Below are positions 11,694-20,000 of a stretch of 20,000 nt of DNA, one piece after another (the first letter of the stretch is position 1; the number at the start of each line of letters is the position of its first letter). This DNA is from Spongospora subterranea f. sp. subterranea (taxonomy: Eukaryota), in contig JAUGWO010000145.1 of assembly GCA_049724395.1 (NCBI GenBank), positions 115,085-135,084 on the forward strand, written 5' to 3'. Both the position numbers and the translations under genes were made by a program. Below the pieces are notes generated by a model. The model was not told where the DNA came from and searched no databases. It saw only the letters and a program-made list of their open reading frames with translations.

Positions 11694-12560
11694 ATGATGG
11701 TTGCCGACGACGCTCCGCAAACTAGATCGCAGTCGATCTCTGATGTTGCACAACATGTTCATACCCTTTCTCTAGAAATTGCACATATCAATCAAGCCTT
11801 AAACGACCTGCGACGAACATTTGATAAGTTCGTGTCAGAAAATCCCGACAAACTTCCCGACAGCAAACCTTTTGACGATTCTCCACCCGATCTCCCCAAC
11901 TCCATCATTCAGGAACCGAAGGTTAAACTGCCGGAACCTTTTGACGGATCTTCACATACTCTCAGAAACTTCATTAATCAGGTAAAAGTGATTATTCATC
12001 AAAAAACGGTGACATACTTCACCGAAGAGTCTCGTGTGGGCCTGTTAAGCAATTTGCTTATTGGGTCTGCACTGGACTGGTGGTCGCCTCTTTTTGAATC
12101 AGAAGACCCCTGTTTGCAAAATTTTGAATCATTCCTGGAGAGTCTCAAACTACGGTTTGATGATCCATTACTGTCCCAGAAAGCTGCTTTGCGTCTCTCT
12201 TCCATTCGCCAAGGCAATCGTTCGGTCGCTGCCTACGCTTCCCAGTTCCAACTATGACTAGCAGATGCAAAATGGGATGTCACCGCTGCTCTCTTCACCT
12301 ATCAAAAAGGTCTCAACGATCAAATTAAGGACATTCTATTAACATTTCCGACGGCAACAAGCCTAAAAGAAATTATCCAACAGACCAATGAGATTGACAA
12401 TCGAATTGCAACCCGATCCTCAAGCAACCATTATTCGATCAGAAGCACACGCCCGAGGTCCGAACAGGAAAATGGCGCAGGGCGCGGGTGAAATCGACGG
12501 TCCCCAACCCATTGTGATGGCCAATAAACCATTAAAACTTCAACAAAATCCCGTCTCCGA
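11694..12560 (+). mobile_element. gag: Ty3/gypsy-type gag (Retrotrans_gag/PEG10-like), disrupted, no pol
   Basis: EPKVKLPEPFDGS..LRNFINQ...LLIGSALDWW...IRQGNRSVAAYASQF; TGA at 12255-12257 (TTA in the other copy); reads on as LADAKWD...YQKGLNDQIKDILL...EIDNRI, then frameshifts near DGPQP. Confidence 0.9.
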
Positions 12561-12587
12561 TAATCTTTCAACTCTTCATATTTCCAT

Positions 12588-13225
12588 AATGTCCTTAATT
12601 TGATGGTTGAGACCTTTTTGATAGGTGAAGAGAGCAGCGGTGACATCCCATTTTGCATCTGCTAGTAATAGTTGGAACTGGGAAGCATAGGCAGCGACCG
12701 AACGATTGCCTTGGCGAATGGAAGAGAGACGCGAAGCAGCTTTCTGGGACAGTAATGGATCATCAAACCGTAGTTTGAGACTCTCCAGAAATGATTCAAA
12801 ATTTTGCAAACAGGGGTCTTCTGATTCAAACAGAGGCGACCACCAGTCCAGTGCAGACCCAATAAGCAAATTGCTTAACAGGCCCACACGGGACTCTTCG
12901 GTGAAGTATGTCACCGGTTTTTGCTGAATAATCACTTTTACCTGATTAATGAAGTTTCTGAGAGTATGTGAAGATCCGTCAAGGTTCCGGCAGTTTAACC
13001 TTCGGTTCCTGAATGATGGAGTTGGGGAGATCGGGTGGAGAATCGTCAAAAGGTTTGCTGTCGGGAAGTTTGTCGGGATTTTCTGACACGAACTTATCAA
13101 ATGTTCGTCGCAGGTCGTTTAAGGCTTGATTGATATGTGCAATTTCTAGAGAAAGGGTATGAACATGTTGTGCAACATCAGAGATCGACTGCGATCTAGT
13201 TTTGCGGAGCGTCGTCGGCAACCAT
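12588..13225 (-). mobile_element. gag: Second, inverted copy of the same gag (5' ~640 bp), frameshifted and 3'-truncated
   Basis: Reverse complement matches 11697-12335 with about 9 substitutions and 2 homopolymer indels by hand count. Confidence 0.92.
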
Positions 13226-13296
13226 GCTGTAAAAAAATAAAATCAGGGACGTGAGGCGACTATTGTGGCACACAACGTAATGATTAAGCAGGCTTA

Positions 13297-13318
13297 GAAG
13301 CGTGCTGGGCCCATAACC
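13297..13318 (-). promoter_or_regulatory. Primer-binding-site-like sequence complementary to the 5' half of initiator tRNA-Met
   Basis: Minus strand GGTTATGGGCCCAGCACGCTTC; the plus strand GAAGCGTGCTGGGCCCATAACC matches the D-loop to anticodon arm of eukaryotic tRNAiMet as I recall it. GGTTATGGGCCCAG is the classic half-tRNA PBS of Drosophila copia-like elements. Confidence 0.8.
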
Positions 13319-13626
13319 AGTAAAGGGTGAGAACGAAGTAGACACACGAGCGTAGTTCAGTCCGTACGGAGGCCGTAAAGTATGTATAGGTTGATATATG
13401 AACCATGCTTTACCTCATTTCCGTATATCTGTGGTCAGAGGTTGTGTTGCCTGACTGATTATGATTATGTTAATCTTATATATAAAAGCTGCTATTGTAA
13501 ACTCGAACAATCCAGCCAATTGCCGGTCCTGTTCCATTATGTCTAGATATTCAATAAGAGAATAATTTTCATTGGGTAATGATCCGGCGTAGTTCAGTAT
13601 TTTTGTCGCTATGGTCTTCCTTTCGT

Positions 13627-13723
13627 GTCTTTGGCATAGTCACATATGTTTCTTTCGTTGGGTCTTTGGCATAGTCACATATGTTTCTTTCGTTGGGTCT
13701 TTGGCATAGTCACATATGTTTCT
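13627..13723. repeat. Tandem duplication, 35-bp unit GTCTTTGGCATAGTCACATATGTTTCTTTCGTTGG, ~2.8 copies
   Basis: Directly visible; lies inside and disrupts the OTU-like reading frame. Confidence 0.95.
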
Positions 13724-14983
13724 ATGTAATTTCTGTACAGTAATGTCTGATATTGCCCTGATGTTCGGATTGCTTCGAATGCGCAGTTTCCTATTCCAAT
13801 TACATCTTTGAATATATATTTGTTGTTATTTATCGTAAGTGAACAGGTTGGATGTAATCCATGACTTTGTCCTCCTGTTTGTTTCGTTGTTCTTGTTGGC
13901 ACTTCTTCCAGCGTCGCGACACCGTTCGTTTCGATGCAGTTCGCAGTATATGTCTCTTCTACGGCATTTCTTCTACTCCGAAAAGTTTGTTCTACAGTTC
14001 ATTTGAAGCCCGCGTCACGGGGAAATTCCTCCGTTGATAAGTGTTCACTAAGATGTACATTTGTTTCGACTGCGCTATCCGTAATTGTTGTGTCTGCTCG
14101 CTCGCGAGTTTGGCCTCTTCGTCGTCTGCTCAGGTTTTCTATGTGGTGTCTATCTCTAATCAATACATGTATATTGTGTGATACTCTTTTGTTGCATTTT
14201 GTGTTTCTATAGTTTACTTACTTCGTTTGTGTTGCCTATTTAGTGGTGTTGTCCCTGGTTTGGTGTTCAGTTCAGTAAATGTGATCACAGCAATCCGTTT
14301 GACGGGATACTGTGCAATTCGTTGACCCCAGTTGTCTGGAGTCGGCATTGTCTTTCCCATCCTTTTTACAGGACAGCTACAAAGATTGGGGTAATGGTTC
14401 AGGTTACCCTTTTCAGACATTAGTTTGGTCATTGATCGCTGCCTATGTAAATACAGAGGACGGCACGAGGCCAAGAGTACGATTGATATACAGTGAATTA
14501 CCTTTGAACCACGCCTTGGGAGTACGTGTGTCATTGGGTTGGCCTCCACCTGCCTTCCTCCACTATCGTTCCCTGTCGCAGAGGACTCCGTTATTCCCAC
14601 ATCATCTCGATGCGCGACACGCGCAGTTAAAAGCGGAGTGAAACTTGTCTTTATTGTGTAGTTTTTCTTCATTTGTGAGCGTACATGTCCTGTAGGGTGT
14701 TCTTATTTTGGTTGATCATCATGGGTTTTTGGCCAGAAAATGATTTCAATCAGAGTATTTGCAGGATATTTATATGCATGGTTTTTGCTGTCAGCTCTCA
14801 TGGTCGTATTGGGTGTCCAGACGATGCTCTTCGTTCCTGGCTAGCCTCTGCGTTGGTTCTATTCGTTATCCTATTGGACCTGTCTGACTTTTGGGTCTGA
14901 CCACATTGGCCATAATGAATGTGGGAGAGTGAGCTGCCTGGCAGTACACCCAACTCTGGATAGGCAATGTAATCAGGTGGGGG

Positions 14984-15044
14984 CAGGTCCCATATGGTGT
15001 GGTCGTTAGGACAGGTCCCATATGGCGTGGTCGTTAGGACAGGT
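14984..15044. repeat. Tandem duplication, 28-bp unit CAGGTCCCATATGGYGTGGTCGTTAGGA x2
   Basis: Directly visible. Confidence 0.92.
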
Positions 15045-15467
15045 TATGGGGGTGAATCCAGCTGGTCTAAGTTCCTTCAGTGGATACCCAATCTACTTGT
15101 AGCGGCCATGTTGAATACGGCAGTAACGAATTTAGTTGTTACCCACCCAGCAACAACCCACGCAGTATAAAACTGCGTACTACCCGGTAACAGCCCAACC
15201 GTTTAAGTCGGTTTTTATGACTTTTTTTTGAATAAAATGACGGTCTGTGTGCTAGTGTTCCAGTACCAAGTCCTAGGAGTACTAATCAATGATGTCGTGG
15301 AAGCCGGATGGATGACGGGGCTGTCGTATCAATTCAAACCCGAGTGCATGCCATTTTTGAGCGTTGCGGACAACGACATTCCAAAGAAGCCGAATTAGGC
15401 TGGAGTAGCTGGTTTTTGAGAAGAGTTTGTAGCGGCTCAGACGAGAAAATGGAATAATGTGACCGCT

Positions 15468-16090
15468 TTATTCAAAATTGTGAAGTGTTTGTTTGTGGTC
15501 TATCAACCGTTGCAGCTCGCCCTTCTCCTCAACGCTCAGCAACGGCATACACTCGCCTGTTAAATAGTACGACAGCCCAGCCGTCCTTCCCTTTTCGAGG
15601 TTCGTTCGCTGCCGTTTGTACAGCCGCCTATCGCCTCGTTCCATGGCTTGATTACAGCCGACGCACACAGGGCGAGGACCTTTTGCCGAAACCACCTGGA
15701 TGGACAGACCCATCGGCATCCGGAATTGCTTAATGTGAACGTTATCAGAACCGTGGGCATCGGCAAACTTCCATATAGACGCACGGTTTCGACGTCTCTT
15801 CAAACATACTCGAATTTGCATCAGAATTTGATAGCGGATCTGAAGTAAAGTTGAACTTATGTGTCTCTTCTTCTGCAATGGATTGGGGCGGCGATTTGCA
15901 AGACGCATCCTGCGGCGACTTCGGTGGTGAAGTATCTTTGTATAAAAGCTTTGGGCATGGACTGTGGATACGAGGGGGCCAGAAGCTCATCCGTCAGCGA
16001 TGTATCGACACGATCGCCGTTAACCGTTGTAAGCGACAGCAATGCCTTGCACCCGTTGACCAGGAACCTTTGGAGCTCGGTCATTCTATC
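15468..16090 (-). pseudogene. Disrupted zinc-finger protein inside the TIR element (possible SWIM remnant plus PARP-type zinc-finger-like C-terminus)
   Basis: VLQIAAPIHC / KRHISSTLLQI in adjacent frames; VVSAKGPRPVCVGCNQAMERGDRRL...SYYLTGEC resembles the zf-PARP AKS.R..C..C...I..G..R...YH..C pattern. Confidence 0.5.
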
Positions 16091-16179
16091 GAGCAATAAA
16101 AAGACGTTAATATATAGGAAAATGGATCTCCAAAATCGCCAAGGTTGAGTCAAGTCTCAACGGGGTGACCATTGAAAAC

Positions 16180-16337
16180 AGCTAGGGTTTGGGTTGTTAC
16201 CGTGTAGTAAAAGCTAGGGTTTGGGTTGTTACCGTGTAGTAAAAGCTAGGGTTTGGGTTGTTACCGTGTAGTAACAGCTAGGGTTTGGGTTGTTACCGTG
16301 TAGTAGAAGCTAGGGTTTGGGTTGTTACCGTGTAGTA
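16180..16337. repeat. Subterminal tandem array, 32-bp unit AGCTAGGGTTTGGGTTGTTACCGTGTAGTAAA, ~4.9 copies, overlapping the inner part of the right TIR
   Basis: Directly visible; units start at 16180, 16212, 16244, 16276, 16308. Confidence 0.96.
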
Positions 16338-16389
16338 CGCAGTTTTAAACTGCGTGGGTTGTTATTGGGTGGGTAACAACTAAATTCGT

Positions 16390-19300
16390 ACAGCTCGTTT
16401 TCCACGTGACTTGGTATAAAGTGTATATCCACCATGTTTTCTTTTGTTAATTTCGCTAATTTATCTGCACATTCCGCAACGATAGCGTTCACTCTCCTTG
16501 GTTTTATCGGTAAGGATTGTAGTTGACTCATCCATGATAAGGAATCTGTCATTATGTGGATATGTCTTCCCTCATAGTTCTGGTCTACAGCTATATCTAG
16601 TCCACTATTCAGTGCAATAATCTCACATTCATATGATGATGTCACTTCTGTTCCTAGTTTAACGGTAATTATCTCTTCGTTGGTCTCGCCTTTTTCATCT
16701 CTATTTGTATAATCAATTAGCAGAGCTGCCGCTCCTCCGCCAACATCCTTATTAAAACTCCCATCTGTCCATAGTTCGATATCTGGGTTTGTCGGCAATA
16801 GCTTTCCTTTTTTGTGTTTTTTGATTGCTTTTTCCCTATTTGAGGAATGGTATTTGACCTTATATAATCCCTCCAATATTCGTGCTGGTATATCAGTCCT
16901 AGTATGAACTGCATCATATGTGTCAGGTACTCTCTCTTTGAGTGCTTTCCATACCTCCCCTAATGGGGTCCATCCATCGCCATCTCCATTCCAGGCAGCA
17001 TATTCACTTCCTAATAATGTGCCATTTGCCTGTGCTGAAAGTACTGTCATTGTTGTCTCTGTGATTATTCTATCCTTTAATAATGGGAATCGTGATATCG
17101 CATGTAATAGTGGGATTGGTGTCGATGGGAAACATCCTGTATATGTTCTCATATAGTCTCTATATGCAATTTCCATCGGGTTCAGAGTGGTCTTCATGGT
17201 TTGGTGTATTTCCGCTGCAAGCCATGGCAGGTAGTAATTGAGTTTTCCGCCTATGAATCCTCGACATATTTTTTGAAAGGTCGAAACTGGAATTCCATAT
17301 TTTCGTAGCCCTCTCATTAATTTGCATCTGGTTTTAATGTCCTTTGCTACTTCTTTGAGATCGATTTTGATTGTTGAGTGGTGATTCTCATCATTTGCTC
17401 TTAAGGTTGCCCCTAAATACTTGATTGTGTCTGTTGTTTTGATTTTATGCTCGTTGACAGTTATTTGGTCTCTATGAGCATGTTCATTGAATAATAAGTG
17501 GGTTTTCAGCCATTGTATCTTAATGTGGTTTGCTGTGCACCAGCTTTGCAGCTTTGAACTCTCTGCCCTTCAGTTGATTTTTTACTTCCCATTTGGTTGA
17601 ATCTGTTGCCCATTGTGTGGTATCATCTACATAAACATTACTATTGACCGTTTCTATTGGTGCATCGTAGATATATATAATCCATAATAAGACGCTAATA
17701 CTGGATCCTTGAGGGATTCCGTTCTCTTGATAATGCGGCTCTGTAATATTTTTCCTGTGGCACACGTGGAATATTCGCTTTGTCAACCATTGGTCGATCA
17801 ATAATATGCATCCTGCATTATGCAGCAATCTTAACAATGCATGCGTAGTACTATGAGCGGGTCTGCACCCGAATTGGTTATCAGGTATGTGCTTTTCCGC
17901 TTGGTGTCTTATTCTGTGTTCAATAATCCCTTCTACCAGTTTGGCTATATTAGGCAATAATGATATCGGTCTATATTCACCTGGTTTATCTTTAGGTAAT
18001 GGTCTGATTTTCGCTATTTTCATATCTTGTGGGAAGTATCCTAAATCTATAATATCGTTATTAATTGAACTCAGCAACGCGTATTTGTTCATATCATTTT
18101 TGCATAATTCTTTGATGAGACTATTCGGTATTCCATCAATTCCTCCTGCTGATTTCCTATTGGCCTTAACAACTGCCCTTTCTAGCTCTCTCAAAGTAAT
18201 CTTTTCCGGTGGTTGAGAGATTCTCTCTTTCCATAGTTTTTCAATGAGTAGATCGTGTTCACGCTGTTCATGCTCATTGAGGTTAAGGTCTGCTTCGCTG
18301 TAGATTGCCTCAAAACTGTCAGCTATTTTTTCCGCTTCATCTTTTGCATCAACTTTCTGTGTTTCGTACTTTCGTCTCCGTTTGTTGGTTTGAGGACTTA
18401 TCTTCTTTACCAGGCTCCATATTTTGGCTCCTGTTTCGTCCATACATGCCTGTTTAACTTCCGTTCTAAGGCTTGCATTTTTCGCTTTCTGAAATTGTTT
18501 CCTCAATGATATTTCCGCTTTTCGCATTTCGGTGTGCTGCCGTGCAATAAATTGCTGGCTTTTGCATTTCAGTATGGCTTCCTGGTGTTTGCGCTTGAGT
18601 TTATTTCGCAAGTTTAACGCAATTTTGAGTTTCGTGGTCCAGAATTTGCATCTATTCTGTCTAACATATTTGTGCTTAATGCTATTTTGCAATAGGTCAT
18701 TGAAAGCTGTTAGTCCCATGTTCTTGCTTTCAACATTCTGCAGTTCCTCTTCTAACGCTTTCGTTGTCGCTCGTGTGTCAATTCGTTGTATTCTTTTACG
18801 GCTAGGGGGAATCCTTTGCGTCGATTTTCTTCTAATTGTAGTATCTATTGTTGTCGGTGAATGGTCACTGCCTAGCTCTGCGTGCACGTCCCATTGTAAG
18901 ATCTCCTTTGCCATCTGTCGATTGGCAATGGTGATATCTAATGAGTTGTTTCCTCTTGTTGGGCGTTCCGGGTTGTTCATCAATTTGCATTCTTCCAATA
19001 TGCTGTCTAGGTATTTGTGAGTTTCGTCATGGTGGATTCCAAACCGTCTATCTTTGGTGTTGAGGTCACCTGTTAGAAGTATCGGTTCATCTGGCATTTC
19101 TACGAATTTGCCGATTTGTTTCCAATATGTTTTTCTAGTATTTCGATCTATATCCGGTGGTATATATATGTGAATTAATATCATTTCACTATATATTTTT
19201 ACTATTTGTGTCATGATTCCGTCGTTCCCAAACGTTTGTATTGCAGGAATGCGCATCACATCTACATTTACATGGTCCCTCCAAAAAATTCCAGCTTGGG

Positions 19301-20000
19301 TGTACCGGTCATCGGCTTCGTGGTTTGGGAAATCGTCTACTTGGCGTCTATGGTGAAGTTCTGATATACATATTACATCGACGCGGTTGGTGTTAGCAAA
19401 TCGAGACAGTTCTTTTGATTTTGTCACTTAGGGAGCAGGCGTTCCATTGAGCGATTTTTAAGCTCCTGGTTGTTCTTATTTTTCTGGTTTTGGTATTGGT
19501 TTTCATGAAATATTGAGTTATTTTCATCTGCCGTTTGTGTGTTTTAGTTCCGTTCAGGTTTTTGTCCGATGTGTCTGCTATATTGTCTTCCTTGTTGTCT
19601 GGTTCTAGTATATTTCCGATCAATTTGGTGAGTTCGTAGTGGCTCATCTGGCTTGTTGGTGTCTGTTTTGAGGCTGTTTTTCGCGCTGTTTCATTGTCTG
19701 CAACTTCTTTGCATTGGCGCTCGCTGTTGGTAAGCCGTCTTTTATACTGCGTTTCAGTGCCGTCCTTATCTATCAGCAATGTTCGCTTTTTTGTGCAGAT
19801 TTGTTTAGAGTGCGTTTGATGTTTTTCATATTTGGCACGTTGAGTGGGTTGGTCGTCGGAATCGTCGCATGATCGGTGCCTTTTCGGGTTTATGTTTTTA
19901 TCGTGTCTCATCGTTTTGTCTAGCGATGGTTTTATCATAAATTGCTGTTTGGAATTATCAATTTATTTTGCATTTGTGGCTGTGTGTGTTTTGTTGTTTA
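16390..20000 (-). mobile_element. Non-LTR retrotransposon (APE endonuclease, RT, RNase H; I-group/Ingi-like architecture), defective, 3'-truncated, 5' end beyond the window
   Basis: APE: LKIAQWNACSL, DVICISE, IYIPP, LLTGDLN, LDITI, SDHSP. RT: KSAGGIDGI, YRPISLLP, NQFGCRP, GIPQGSSISVLLW, YVDD, KYLG. RNase H: LWTDGS, SYECEIIAL, IMTDS, FIPSHV. Frameshifts near 19428 and 17567 link the three listed ORFs into one ancestral ORF. Confidence 0.95.

Larger units (their letters stand above)
13400..15125 (-). mobile_element. Decayed element fragment with a long low-complexity ORF remnant ending in an OTU-like cysteine protease domain; possibly the 5' part of a non-LTR retrotransposon
   Basis: KDVIGIGNCAFEAI / TVQKLHRNICDYAKD / EYLDIMEQDRQLAGLFE / TIAAFIYKINIIII across frameshifts (13810-13450). 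A-rich, K/T/R-rich minus-strand composition resembles the N-terminal extension of the LINE at 19400-20000. The LINE link is inference. Confidence 0.6.
15126..16389. mobile_element. Non-autonomous TIR DNA element, 1264 bp, 73-bp TIRs (15126-15198 and 16317-16389)
   Basis: ACGAATTTAGTTGTTACCCACCCA...CCCACGCAGT.TAAAACTGCGTACTAC.CGGTAACA.CCCAA at both ends in inverted orientation, 68/73 identical. If ends are CGAATTT...AAATTCG, the right flank is TA and the left TAA. No DDE transposase recognised. Confidence 0.88.

Noticed and set aside
13285..13360. tRNA-Met gene
   Set aside because: Only ~22 nt match; no T-arm or acceptor stem can be formed. Better explained as a primer-binding site.
14530..14560. 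2A-like peptide (RQVEANPMT) as found in Ingi-type LINEs
   Set aside because: Lacks the required D and terminal GP of D(V/I)ExNPGP.
14890..15125. HDV-like or hammerhead ribozyme at a putative LINE 5' end
   Set aside because: Local stems exist (GGGTATCCA/TGGATTCACCC, CCACATT/AATGTGG) but I could not build the nested pseudoknot or a CUGANGA/GAAA core by eye; an Infernal scan would settle it.
16180..16337. True telomere or CRISPR array
   Set aside because: 32-bp complex unit without spacers, internal to a TIR element, with sequence continuing on both sides.
17887..19020. Plus-strand ORFs within the LINE
   Set aside because: Antisense shadows of the A-rich retrotransposon ORF.

Overview
Eukaryotic (microbial, fungal- or protist-like) genomic DNA with short GT-AG introns of 50-67 nt. 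Three host genes: the 5' part of TIM50 (minus strand, runs off the left edge), a CAP59/CMT1-like GT69 glycosyltransferase, and an intron-containing LtaS/MdoB-like alkaline-phosphatase-superfamily protein with a Thr nucleophile. Most of the rest is transposon debris: decayed PIF/Harbinger and MULE transposases; an inverted duplication of a Ty3/gypsy gag preceded by a copia-style half-tRNAiMet primer site; a fragment encoding an OTU-like protease; a 1.26-kb element with 73-bp hairpin-containing TIRs, telomere-like subterminal repeats and zinc-finger cargo; and a broken APE-RT-RNase H non-LTR retrotransposon running off the right edge. There is also a ~400-nt imperfect fold-back and five short (22-35 bp) tandem arrays. 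All family calls come from motif recognition by eye; no searches were run.
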